From: Raillietiella orientalis
Taxonomy: Eukaryota
Direction: 5' to 3'
DNA: 64,000 bases
NCBI GenBank assembly: GCA_036172245.1
Contig: JAYWIR010000014.1
Coordinates: 2,108,001 to 2,172,000 of the forward strand
A program made the translations under genes and the position numbers. Below the pieces are notes generated by a model. The model searched no databases, was not told where the DNA came from, and saw nothing but the letters and a program-made list of their open reading frames with translations. This document shows, piece by piece, positions 26,901 to 41,049 of the stretch (positions within the stretch are counted from its first letter, which is position 1; every line of letters begins with the position of its first letter).

Positions 26901-29900
26901 TTCTGTCAACATTTGAATCCATTTGGACTGAACTTCATTTTTATTGGAGAAGGATTTACTTTCCTTTATAAGCAAAAGGCATTGCTCTACTTCTGCTATC
27001 ACATGCAATCTACATAAATGCAAAAAAAACAAAATATTATATGATTAAATAACTACCTAATAATGTACTGATATCCACGATTATAAGAACCCATTTCCAT
27101 ACTGGCTGCAGATAAAGGAGCCATTTGTTGATTACGTAATGTGCTGAGCATTTCAGTTAAAGGTTGCCAATTATTTTCAACACAGCACTGGAGTGCTCGA
27201 CCGATATCACATCCCCAGGAGTGTGATTCTGATTGAATTTCGAGAAGCTTACTCATTTCATTCCACTGACCCAGGCGCCAAGTGGCTTCCACTCTGTATT
27301 TATTGATAGACTGCAACCATTCTGATCTAAAAAGGTGGTAAATAACATCTACTGAGAATAACACATTAAACATTATCTTATGAACACAACAAAGTGCCAT
27401 TTGCATCTTTCAAATCTTTGTGAAGATTAAAAGTTGCAGATGAACTCAGTAAAGTAAACTGCAACCAAAGGAACTCGACAATAGTGCAGTTATGTACCCA
27501 ACTACTCGATATCGTTAAATTTATTCAATCTGTTCAATGGAACTGAAACAGTGAAAAAATCGAAAATTCCGTAACCTGTTGCAAATAATTTTGCATTTAA
27601 ACATTTCCGATTCCAAACCGATTGCAATACAAGAATAAATATTTTAAACCATGCATATTTTCCAATTATAATCTTAAATTTTTAAAAACGTCTCAACTTT
27701 TCAGAAATAACACCATTTGCTAAAATAATTGCATTCTGAACTTGGTCCAAGTCCAATAAACACTTCAAATAATCTTCATAATGATGTAAGCAGTCAGGTT
27801 TGAGACGTAAAATCTGTTCATAACAAACAATCGCATCTTGCAATCGACCAGTTGCCTTATAATCAAGAACTGATTCTTCTAATGTTGGGTACACTTGTCG
27901 AATTTTGGCTATTCCCTCGACACTATCTGGTTCATCCAGAGCAGCATACAATTTCTGCAACCATATAGTGAATGATCATGAGATTATCATACCTGCAAAA
28001 ATTCGACATGTTTTGGTAACTGCTGCTTATGCAATATCAAATACTGTTCCATGTGGAACAGAGATCTTGGATAAACATGACAAACGAAAGAAGACTGTGC
28101 TAATATATCCTGAGGAATTTTCTCTAAGAATTCTGAATATAAACATATTGTTTAACATATCAAAGCTCAGATTTAACACAAGTACAACCTCTTATGCAAT
28201 TAATCTTGTGATCATGCACTTCAGATTTCATCTCGACGTTAGTCTTTTTATGACACCAAAATTTCAGATGATCTAGCAATCCAAATACAACTTGAGTACT
28301 CAAATAACATGAATCCTCAACTCTAAGAACTGCCAAAAATTCTTGGAAGATCAAGTTGACGTCAGCTTCTGATCCTTCTGTTACCAACTGAACTAAAACA
28401 CAAAATCCCTTCATATTTGAATAAAGCATTAAGCGTACCAATAATGTGGGGAAGCAAGAAACGTGCAATGGTGACATCAGCTTTAAGTGCAAAGCGACAG
28501 GCTTCAAATAAGCATCGCGCTTTGCCTTTGGATAGTTTTGAGATGAGAAAGATACACCAGTGACTAATCCAATCTGCATAATTCTTGGCATATGAACTTC
28601 TGGAAGTTCCGATTCAGAAATTCTGAATCCAAAACTTTTCCTTACCTAAAAATAGGGCTGGTGTAATCAAGGACTTTTAATGAATCCACAGCTTTATAAC
28701 GAGAAAGTAGAAAAGGGAAGAGCATTTCCTGTATTTGATCTGAAAAACGATTCCAAATGCGACTTCCAAAATTATCCATGTTTTTAGATGGGTGTACATG
28801 ATAAGTCTTCAAAATTTCCTGGGAAGGGAAAACCATTTTCCAAGATTCAATAATTACTCAAATCTACTTGGAGTGCAAATGAACAACAATCCTGTGAACG
28901 TGTATCTTTAGCAGCCAAAAAAGCTTTTGCCACGACCATGATTAGATTGTATGCAAAGATTTCGTCTTCGACTGATGATATAGCCTCATTGGTAATGGAA
29001 CCTAAATTGTTTGCACATTATATCATTAGAATTACATGAAATGTTTTACCAGGGAAACTTTTGGGAAAATCGATTCGAGATGGATCAACTGCTCCAATTT
29101 CTCCTAAACATTCTCCAACAAGGAGATTAATTGGAATAATGGAACTCTGGCAAAGTGAAGTAAGGACATGAAACATCTTAAAAAAAAAAAAACTTAATTT
29201 TGCAATAAAACCGTCACTGCGTTTACTTCAATGAGACATGAATGCATCCTCTCCTCTGTTTGGAGTAGTTGAGAAACATAAAGGCGATTAGATTTCAGTA
29301 TTTCTTTGATTTTTCTTAATGTTTGTATTTTCACATCTGAATTTTCATGGTATAGTCCGTGCAACAACAACATCATGCGATCTATAACTTCTTGATCACT
29401 GAATTGAAATGAAGAAGCGAAAAGTATTACATTGTGTTTTGGGGGATCCAATTGGAAAATGAATGATAACTCATGAAATTTTTTTATCTCACCCATTGAT
29501 GACTTTGGTATGCTGCATCATCAAATTGTGAAGGTTTCTAAATTCTGGTGAATCCGGAAGTAGATTTAATACCAAAAGGGTATTTTTGGAATCTTTTGTC
29601 TGGGCAGATAGTAGAGTTTCCAACAGCCTAATAACTTTGTCAGAACAATCATCCAATAAAACGAGTAAGTTGACCACAAATTCGGGCAAAATTGTTTCCA
29701 AAACTGGGTCCGGTAAACTGAAATATAAATACAAAGAAATAACTTGTGTTTGAACAATTATTCATCTGCAAAATTTAATATTCCTTTGCATTAAATGCTC
29801 ATGAAAAATAGGAAGCTTGGTAAAAAGTTTAGTTTCTTCTCTACATCAAACAAAACCAGATGCATTTTGGAAGTTCCCAGAAAAAGCTGATATAGAAAAA

Positions 29901-32900
29901 CAGAAATTAAACATATATCTTCGTAAATCTGCATTCTTTGAGAAGACATCCGAAAAAAATTGACACTGAAATCCTACAAACTTAATTTTAAAAACAAAGA
30001 AAAAGCAAAAGAAACTTTTTCCTTTGTCAAATGTGTCACACGAGAAAACTAGATTTTGACTTGGGTCCTCTTTCTTTACAGCTTCCAATGTAGTTGCAGT
30101 TCCACAAAGATGAACTACCATACTGCAGATCTTGGCACTGTTGCTCATGCAAATTTTGGATATATATCAGAGTAATCGAGTTCATCATAAATTTATCATG
30201 AAAAATGTGAGTCTGACATGCTAAAATTTTTGAAATCAACATACGACCTTATAAATAATGATTTTTCATGAAAAAATGCCAAGTTTTGCATTTTACATTC
30301 AGATAAATTTGCAGCATCGATAGATGATAGATAATCTTCTAAAGTCATGTACACACTATCCAAATGAAGATACATAACTAACCTACAACAAGAGGATTCT
30401 TGCATAAAATACCTCACATTCACATCCGTGTCTCAAATTATCCTTTAAACATTAAAATTAAGCTTTACATCTGAATGTGTTGAAACATGCATGAAACAGA
30501 CATGAAATGAACTTCTGCATATATGAAAATGAGAAAACAAGAATAAGAAACAATGAAACACTATGTGAAATAAATATTGAAAAGACTAGAATGAAATGGG
30601 ATTAATTTTCTTATTCATATGAACAAATTAATAAATGTAACCAAAGCTTTTTATCCTATGCAAGCTTTCTATCCTATGGGAAAATTGCCTATCATATATG
30701 CGATGTTGTCAATGTAAACAGCAAATGCATATTCATATAATCATGTTAAATTCGTTACACTATTTCGTTTATGCTGTTTCTCTGGGTCTAATTAAGTCAT
30801 TACTATGAACTTATTCCAATGTTCCGTATTGCAATTTGTTTTCAGGGAAATTATCTCAGAAAATTATGGTTTTCTCATTTGTAATTTTTCAAAACACTTC
30901 TATTTGCATCAAAATGTTTTAAATTGTTTTGCGAAAGCATTTTTTTGGTTTATGAATCGAATTTCCAAAAAATTTTCGACAAATAACATACTTATTTGCA
31001 AAGATATCCCAAGCTTCACAATTGATTTGAGGAAAATCCCATGCTTTCAACTCAAGGGGTAATTTTAAAGTTGCCATGATTTTGTGCTTTATTGCAGATA
31101 CATGGTGCGATCCTAATAATTTAATAAACAAAATTAAAGCCTTAAGTGCTTGACGCTTTTCATTCAATGGTGTAACATGGCTGAGAATTATGCTATCGAT
31201 GTAGCCTAAAATACCCAAACACCTAGGTCTTAAGAATTCCGCCTGAAATAAATCGGACAACGGTAAGTCCTTTTTATCTCAGCACCTTTCATTTTAACTT
31301 ACAATTTCTTCTTCTGTCATGTTTTCGGAGGCTTTAAAAGTATCATCATTCTGAGCCAGACATGCCAAAGCAGCCAAAATGCCCATTTTAGAAATGGGAA
31401 GGTGAAGAATCAGTTCATTGTGGACATCCTGGTAATTGAGCCTCCATATGCTGGCAACATGTAATCCTGCTTTTTGGCTAACGAAGTTGAGCACTCGAGA
31501 AATTATTTCAGGAACAGAACACATTAAATGTGCAAAAATACTCTATGAATAAACTCAGAAATGCTTCCAGAAAGATAATTTATGGTCTTACCTTGAAATG
31601 ATTGATCAGCAAGTCTTTCAAATCAACATTTAGCCAAACAGTAATAGATTCCAAAAAGGAATCACACTCAGTTATAGAAAGATGCACAAAGTATGGTATT
31701 AGTATTCCAATGTTTGTTAAAATAAATTTTCGTACATTTGCAAAGCCAAGAGCTTTCACAGAATGAATCATGGAATTCCCTAACTGCACCAAAGTTTCTG
31801 CTGTAGGAGACCTTTTAAAAGTTTTACACAGATAATAAGCTGCTATCTGAAATATTTAGATTTTATGACTTAAGCCTTGTTCTACTTATGTTTCAAATAT
31901 TACCTTAGCAATCTCTTTACGACAGATACTGAATAAAAATTTGGGATATGTATTGTGCGCCTTACTTATTTCGAGTAACTGCTGAGATGCTGCATGGACA
32001 ACTACAGAAGATATAGTGAAAAGTCCCTGTTGCAAGCCAATTATAGATGCTGTCAGCAACTTAAAATGAGGTAATCTACTAAATGTAAAACATGAATCGT
32101 TATTCATCACCTTCCTAAGACTCCAAGAACATAAAGACAGGAAATTTTAATCTCCACGACACTGCTGGTTTTTAGATGATAAATAACTTTATGGATGATA
32201 CATTCCTGCCAATCACACATATCTTTATATTCTAAATATTTTAAAAAATCATTTGCTTCCCCATCATATTGAATATGCTTAGTTCTATTAATAGCAAAAC
32301 TACGTATGGCCTCTACTAGTTTACTTCGGATAAAGGGACTGTTGTCACTTAATGATTCCATAATTAGTTCAAGCATTTCTAAACTAGCTAGTCCATGATT
32401 TTCAAGTCCTTTGAAAAGTTTTAACATCATAATTCGGATCTGCCAATCTGATGATGCACTTAGAGATTTGAGCAATACAATGAGATCTGCTGAGTTGAGC
32501 AGAGTGGAGATCAACAAAGTACTCTCTTTATGATGCATCCTTTCAGCCAAATTGTCAGGGATCAAAAATGACCTTTCATCATAATCGTTACAATAATAAT
32601 AAATCAACTTGATTCTGAAATCCAAATGACTAACATTTTTACATTCACGACATACTTATTTATTTCAGATTCTCCATGATGTAGATCAACTAACGAGCAT
32701 ACAAATTCACCGAACAAATGGAGATTTGCATCTACATTCTCTGTATTCTGGATAGCTAATTTAATTTTATCTGATATAATTTGTAAAATTCTATCAGGTG
32801 AGTGTGGAGCTATTCGTAATAACCATGGTAAATCCACAGGATCCACTTGTGGAAGAATTTGAGAAAAAATATGCATCTTCCAATACAAACAATGTGATTC

Positions 32901-35900
32901 AGGGAGAAGACTCATCATCTCAAAGCATTTTTTTGATATCTTCTTTTCTGAAATAGAATTACAAATTACAGATAATACATATGATTAATGTGTACAAAAT
33001 ATGCATTATTTAAGTACATCGTTATTTCAGTAAACGTGCAGTTTTCCATAAATATACCTTCAACATGTAACAATTGGTAATTACCTGAAACAACACAATA
33101 AATTTCTGATAAATCTTGAAAAATATCTGTTTCGACTTCTAGATCCATAAAATCACTACTACTTTTAATCCAAGGTAATGATAAAACCCAAGCCACTTTG
33201 TGTAAAACAGCTTTAGAAACATTAAAAGATGTAAGGAATACTGCAAGAATGCAAATGCAACAAAGAGTGCTATATGCAGATAAAAGATCTGCTAACTGAT
33301 CCTTTGCATATTTCAGTTGATCGAATGATGATTCCAGTATCATTTCACATATGTCTGATTGCAAAAGAGATATGGAATTTCCCTTTGCTTGCAAAATGGT
33401 TTCATAAAAATGAAGAAGTGCTAACAATAAGAGTTTAAAATTGTTCAATTTATGCAATCCACCATTTCCAAAATTTGCCAAAAGTTTGAATTTTTCCATT
33501 ATCTGCTGATATTTTTGGGAAAGGAAATTTCCAAGGCAAGATCTATGGGAAAATGTATGACGTTAAGTAAATCAAGCAGCAATAATAATAAAGCAGAATT
33601 ACTTGCTATGAGAATCTGAAGATAAATTATTTGAAAGATTATTAAGTACATCAAGTTGCTGCAATTCTTGGCAATTCTTCCAATCCCTGGATAAAATAGA
33701 TCCTATCATAGCTGGTATCACCTGAAACGATACATATCATTAGCATTACAAAACAATTAATTTTCAAAAGTTTCTTATTCAATATCCTTATTCACTTTGG
33801 AAACTGGAATTTAGAACTGGCAAGTGGGAAACTTTTGTGGTCAACAATATTACCTACTCCATGCTTTCAGTCAGGCATACTCAAGACACTAGATTCGTAA
33901 ATTTTATTTCTGCATCCATTAGTTTCTTATAATTACACTTACCATACTAAATAAAACAACATACTGGTATAACTCATCTACATAAAGAACTTAATTTTCT
34001 CATCTTGCGTCTTCAATTGATTGAACATCCAGAAAAACATAAGTCGACATAATCTATCTAAGCTTCCCCATAGCATGGATGACAAGAAATCCTAGTATTT
34101 GTAAAAAATGGTTGATGTATTGTAATCACATCATCAAAAATCTGCTTTTGTGAAATAAATGTGCTTCTCCTCAGATTTTATTTTCATTGCTTTTTCCAAG
34201 TTGCAATCAGTATTGCACTTATAACTGATTCAATTGCAAAATTTAATATTACTTTGTTTTGGACGAAACTACAATTTGTCAAATCAAAACAATTACATTA
34301 ATTAGTCAATTACAATAACATCAAATTAGTTATAATATTACCAGTATTTAAATTATTAGTTACTTATCCCATTATATCAAAGACTAGGTTTAACCTTTCT
34401 CTACTTCCCTACATAGTAAGTAATCTTGGCTTGGCATTTTTCCCGTTTTTCCATAAGCTTTAATTCATCAGCTTGCTTGAGTTTAAAAAAAAAAAAAGTT
34501 TTTTTTTTTTTGAATATTTCATACTTAAAGGATATTTGTAAGATCTTTAGGGTTTACAAATCCTTCTCTACTATCTCGAGTCAAGGAATCCCTATTTTCT
34601 TCTATTTTTCTGATAGAAACTCGGAAACATCCAAATGTTTCTATGACGTTAAATTATTTACTTAATTTACTGGACTAGGATAATGGAAACATCATTCTAG
34701 TCCAGTAAACTGGATAAATAATTCTTTTGGGTTCTTCTGTTCTCGCTGCTTTCCTTCCAGTTTTTCTTCGGGTTTTCTTTTTTTGGTTCACTAAGTACTG
34801 AAGAACCATCTGCCTCAATTGGAAGGGGTTCCAAAACTCTAACACTGTCCATGACACCTGAGGGTGTCTTAACTCTTCAAGTTAGGGGTAACCCCGGAGG
34901 GATCACCCTATGATTCCAGGAAGGCTCCAGAGAACGGAGTCCATTCCTCTTACGGTCATCCTGGTTGTCTCCAATGGGAATCCCCTCTCTCTTGTGGGAA
35001 CCCCACAAGGGGCCACTCCTCATTTCTTATCCAAAGGAAACATGGAAAGGATCCACTCTTGAATTTCTTCTCTGGAGGGAACCGCCCCTTGTTTACTCCT
35101 TTGAAGAGAACCTCGAAGGGATGCTTCCAAACTTCTCTGGAGGGCATTCTCCAAAGGGAGCAGTGTGCTTCTTACACTCTGGAGAGATACCCCCCCCCCC
35201 CCCAAAAAGGATATCAACCAACTCTATGGTATGCAATGGAGACCCCCCCCCAGGGGGGACAGCTCCATTTTCACAACAGGAGGGGAACCCCAAAGAGAAC
35301 CGACTCTGATTCCTGGAAAGATCCTGGAAGGTCAATTTTCAATCTTGGCCAGTCAATGAAAACATTAGATTTCTGACTCCCACCAGTGCCACATCTGAAG
35401 CCTGTAGGCCAACCAACATCATCCTATCAAGAGGGACTTGAAACCCACAGTTCACCCATTTCTCGGCACTAATCCTTTACGGGTATTCGAACCATGCTTG
35501 GTACCATGTGTAGAGACCATAGTCACAAGACCGCCAGCACGGACATACACAATGAATACTTCATGTTTTCAATATTTTTGTCACTCTATGGTCAACGAAT
35601 GTGCAGTCCACATCAACTCCATCTAAGTAATTTAGAAACAAATTCTCAAGAAAGTTTTACTGTTCTCTATTCAACCAAAAGTCTAATCCTGATTCTTAGT
35701 CAATGCTTTTTTTCTATTATGATCACCAAGTTCTCCTAAGAAGTTACAACATAACTTTTTCAATATCTTCATAGTTTATTATACTGCAGTGCAGCAAATT
35801 TAGAAGACCTGTTTTCAAATATTCAAAAGGGTTTTATTCAGGATCCTAATTCAAGACTGCAGTGATTTCAAAAGCATACGTTACATATATCTGCTTGTAC

Positions 35901-38282
35901 TATAATAACCTTTGACTTACAAAAATGAATTTAAATGCTCATATAAAAATTTCCAATTTTCATTTTCTTTTAGAGAAACTCTAGAAAAGTTTCCCTTTTC
36001 AAACCTATTAGTTTTCACTTTACAAATCATTCTTATCTTGACTATTAAGGATTATGCCTCTGTCTAGATATCCTTACACAAAGAACCCAAGATGAAAAGA
36101 TGAAATGGAATGAAGTAGAGACAGAGACAGAGAGCGAGAGACAGAAAACAAGCGTAATCCTCTTACTGGATTGATGGTTATAGAATCCAACATGTTTGGA
36201 AAGATTTCATTGATGTCATCATTAAGTAATTCAAGGTGAATAGGAGTATGCACAATTACAGCCATAATCTCAAATAGGATAGGCAGTGAACCTAAAAATA
36301 AACAGCTAAACATATTTTACAAAATAGATTAAGTTTTTTTTCTTCAAATGCTATAATCTTATCCACTTGTTTAAATGTGCCCTTGATTAAATTCAAAACC
36401 TGTACCTTTCAAAAACAAAAACTGCTTAAGATATTTAAATATGTTTCTAAATAAATAATCACAAATGTTATGATTCACATGTGAGTATGACGAGGAAATT
36501 GATTTCAAAATATTCAGGCTTGCTTCACATGTATTCACATCATATAATGAATGATGAGCTTCAAAATAATTTGAAAACGTTGCTTTGAGAAACAACAGAA
36601 TAGCATCTTGTAATTTCCAAAACACCTAAAACACATACAAAGCATATATAGAAATAAAAATAACAGCTCTTTTCCAAAAAACCACTTAAAACGTTATATA
36701 CCATTGGATTCTGCAAGATATCTGGATTCTGAATCAGTTCATTAAATATAGAAAGCGAAAGAGCTTTGTTGGATATGCTGCTAAAAATCAGGGTATGAAA
36801 TATTCTTTCCAAAAACATGTATTGTTCCATTTCCAGAGAGTGTGAGAGTTTAAAAATTATGTGATGACTCATCTAAAATATTAAATTAAAGATTACATGA
36901 TTTGCATCTGAAGACAGAAACACTGACATCCCATATGTAAATACATGCAAAACAATTAATGGTCATCAAGATTACTACTACAACTAAATACTTCAGTACT
37001 GCCCTGAAGAATCACAATAAAAAATACGAAATGCAGAAATTTTGAAAATCCCAATCTTCAATTGCTTTCAAATCAAGGAAGCATCACTCTGAGATGCATC
37101 CATAAATTATACTTTGACATAACAAAAACATAAACTTCAATAACTCTTACCAAAAAACAAAGCATTGCATGAAATTATCCACATTTATCACTTTTTTAAA
37201 AAAAAAATAAAGTTTCACATAATTCCATGAACTATGCTGAACATAAGTAATATCAAAGCTCATTTCCTTAATTAAACACAATACATATAAAGATATTACT
37301 TCAACCAATTATTCCATACAACAAAGAAATATATTCACTAGTTTAATACTTTTATCCTGACTCATGAGAAAACAATAAAAAGGAGAAATCAAGACACCAC
37401 TTCTGAAGACTCACTTTGTTCAATTTCATTTATTTCACTTTTATCTTTCCAGTAACTAGCTAGTTCATGCACAGTTCAGAGAAATTCCTTATAGCAAGTG
37501 ATTTACAAACATAAACCATTCGAAAGAATTAATATCATGAGCCAAAGAAACCAAATATATTAAATTTCAAATATGAAAATTTCATTCTGTAAGAAAATAC
37601 TAACCTTTAATAATGATGCTTCAAAACAATGTGCCATGGAGATATCTTGAATTACTAATGGTACTATTTTAAAAGCACACAATGATTCTCTGTTCCAACA
37701 GAAAGTCTCTAATACAAATGGTTCACTATTGTCTTGTAATAATTTCAAATATGATTTCTGTAGATTTGCTAGGATTTTCCATATTTGAACACAAAGTTGC
37801 TTTGAATAATCAAAATTTCGGGGTGAAAATACGATTTCCATTATAACATTTATGCATTCTACATGGAAATTTATTTTGCTTTTCTCTTTAAGAATCAGAA
37901 AGAGATGGTGAAGTATCCAATCTACAAAAGCTTTAGCAAAACTTAGAAATAATGCATATGAACCCAAAACATTACACACAATTATTGAATAAATGATTGC
38001 AAGACACACATGAATGAGATTACAAATTCCTGGGTGGGATCGAATGCCAGATAAATTACATTATAATACCTTGAACTTACCTTTATTAAAACCATGCCCT
38101 TCATATGCAAAGATCAATTCAATGGTGGATAACTTCAAGCATCTTAATAATGTATCTAGATCATTGTCTGATGCACCATTCAAGTCAGAAAATAAACGAC
38201 TTATAACTTCCTTTAAAGATGCTTGCAATTCATGCAACCGTTGAATGGTTGGAAATAATTCTGTGGAGTCCATCGATTCCAT
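23943..38282 (-). CDS. ATR: Serine/threonine-protein kinase ATR (mei-41), many short-intron exons; start codon and N-terminal exons approximate
   Basis: UME-like AEFLRPRCLGILGYID..KIMATL; FAT region (LYAALDEPDSVEG, SIPRMLSLWLDYG, FTAFPQLISRICH); kinase SLQKPKKI, CKPK/DDLRKDSRLMEFN, GLGDRHGENILLD, VHVDFNCLF; FATC NLCQMYIGWAAYL-stop. Confidence 0.96.
34380..35430 (-). mobile_element. GC-richer insertion in a large ATR intron; possible decayed LINE 5' end/ORF1
   Basis: Abrupt compositional shift with poly-C tracts and broken ORF-like text; no ATR similarity. Confidence 0.3.
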
Positions 38283-39569
38283 TTTAAGACGGCACATTTA
38301 AAAAAAGTTTACAACCTAGAATAACTTGACATCAATCATGCTAACTGGTTGAATGAGATGCTGAATTTTTAAAATGAGCTTTAATTATAGGAAGCAAATA
38401 ACAACCTAGTCTTTGTATGCCAATGACATACACAACAAAATACCTGAGTGAAGGATTTTTTTGCAGGGATCACAAACATTCTATAACTTCCAAAATTATC
38501 GCGCACCTCTTCATGAATGAAATCTGTACCATAGGATTGGTGCTTTAGATTCACATCCTCATGATTCTTCACCATATTATGAAAACAAATAGCTTTCTAC
38601 GTAAACTGAAAACGAAATCTTTGACTTCCTACAATTTCATTCGGTGTGCCCTTGATCGATTCTTTCTTCATACTTCGAGAGTACCATTCTAAAGATGCAG
38701 TGGATTTGTTAGAACAATCTCATCAATCCACCCAATTCACACGAGTGAACATTCACGGGAACAACAAACCCATCTGGACGACACCGACTTGATTTAACCG
38801 CTTGCAAACGAAGTAATGCCAGTAATTTCCGAGTGTTAATATTATTTCGACAATAGTTCACTTTAATTCATATGAAAAAAAAAATGAGTCGTGTAAACCA
38901 AATCCACCCACGAGAAGATCAATCTTTGTAATAAAACTGATGAATTACGTGTAAATGAATCAAAAGGCTATATGAAGGTTTGCCACAGCAAACGAGAATC
39001 CCAATTTATAGAGACACTCTTTTCATTAAATTTATGTCATTATTTGCACGTGTCATATCCAGCTAGTTTTATATGTACTTAAGTTATTCATATTCAAGAA
39101 TTATAAAATGAGCTTAAGCTGGCTTATTTTGTCTTAAAGCAATATCTACTTACAACTGAGTCGTCAAACAAGACTATCATATAATGGGAGCTTGCTTGGA
39201 CAGAAATCTTCATTGGTCTGCTCTCACATTTGTCAAAAGTTCCTCTTTCTATTTACAATTCTATTTTCCTATCAACAGATGCATCTTAGTTTTAAGATCA
39301 TTCGCAAACGCACTCGAACTGCTGGTGAATATGATATGCAGCACTACATGGATTACAAGATGTTTTGTTTCGATCAAGTGGTCTGAAAATCATATACAGT
39401 GAAATCATATCTGAAAACTATATACAGCTTTTGCGCCCATGTTCATTACAATGTAATCTAAAAAAAAAAAAAAAACAGTCTAGTTAAACTGAGTCGTGCA
39501 AACCAATGAGACACCATTTGCTGCTATTTTTGCATGGAAACGTTTATAATGTAAGCTATATAATGAACT

Positions 39570-40380
39570 TTATTGGAAACCTAATTCTGATTGACTAAGC
39601 TCAAGTTTGTCCCCTGATTTCTTTGAGGAGTTTATTCCAGAAGTAAACATTGGAATCAAAGGCTGAACAGGTAAAGGTAGGGGACCGTCAGGAATACAGG
39701 AATACACCCCAGGTAACCGTCCAATGGGTTGCAGTTTGAGGGAGGGAGGGACAAAATAAATACGAAAAAAAGGGGATCTGGAAAACGAGAGAGAGGGGGG
39801 GGGGATTAGCATTGCAATAGCCTAATTTTATCTCTATTTTAGCAATGTCTACTTTCGGCTCTTGAGTCAAGCGAGTCCATCAAACAGACTAGGAAGTTGA
39901 GGGAGTGCTAATGGCTTCCTATCTGAACTGCTGCTTTTCCACGATCAACCTGGCTAGGATTACGCCGCGAATAAACACTGTGGAAACGGTGACGACCATT
40001 AGGCCGTTGGCCTGGAAGCATCCTTTTAATTCTTTGGATTCATCTTCCGGATATAAGAAGGTTTTCACCAAACGCATTCATCCCTCTGTAGACTTTAACA
40101 CTCACTGATTACATGAGAAACGGTTCCCGTTTGTCTGCAAGGGGCACTTCTCCGAGGGCATCATGGCCCAGAGTCTTGCTCTGAAGACCCAAGTGCCGAG
40201 ACAGTCATATCATTAGGCATCCTTAGGGGAAGCACGAAGTAGACCAAAACACCTGTCATCGCACCCGTCTGTGTGGCACTGCTTCACTCTAGTATCCCGG
40301 CTGTCCAATCTGAACCGTTCAAATATCTCCATATGCCGGGACTTCTAGGGTGGAGGGTTGCCGGGCAGCCTTCGTGGCAA
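39570..40380 (-). mobile_element. Possible decayed LINE ORF1 remnant upstream of ATR
   Basis: Broken reading frame (..GLMVVTVSTVFIRGVILARLIVEKQQF..) with gag-like character; weak. Confidence 0.2.
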
Positions 40381-41049
40381 GTTTTAACCGTCTATTTCCA
40401 AGGTTGTTCTCATCTTTAAGTTATATAAGATAATTTTGTTTTATAAGTTTTCCTAATTTACAGTCACAGTGGAGAATTTCTGACAAGCATTTTCGCGGAG
40501 TCAAACCATTGGTTGCCACGTTGCAAAACGGAACTCAAAGCATGATTTGAGTTCGGTTCGAAATCGTAATTTCCATGTAGCTTTCTACGCAGAGGAACAC
40601 CACTAGTAGGATACCAGGCAACAGACAGTGGACAGATTCAAGAACAAAAGACAGGAGATATCAAAGGCAGTACGAAATTAAGAGCTAGAAAAGAGCTTCC
40701 GTCATCACTCTTTCCAAGTGGAGATTCGAATTTCCAAATGAAGGATGTGTAGAAAGTTTTTTTAAAGAAACAACAAAAAGTTAATAAACTTAAGAAGCAG
40801 TCCATAGTTTTAATTTGTACTTCGAAAGTAGCAAAGAAAAAGTATGCAAAAAATCATAGATTTCATATGAAAGTGGAAATTTTATTAAGTATTGAAATAC
40901 GTTTGCATACTAATTATAAGGTGTAGTGCGCCATTTACTTAACTCATTACTTACTTACAGTGAATCTAGGATGGGGAATCCTGAAAGTTCAGTTAAACTG
41001 TAAGCATCGCGAAACTGGGATGAGTGCAAAACAAAAATCTTCAACATGA

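Noticed and set aside
38381..38575. Additional coding exon of ATR
   Set aside because: No ATR similarity and no clear in-frame junction; more likely 5' UTR or uORF.
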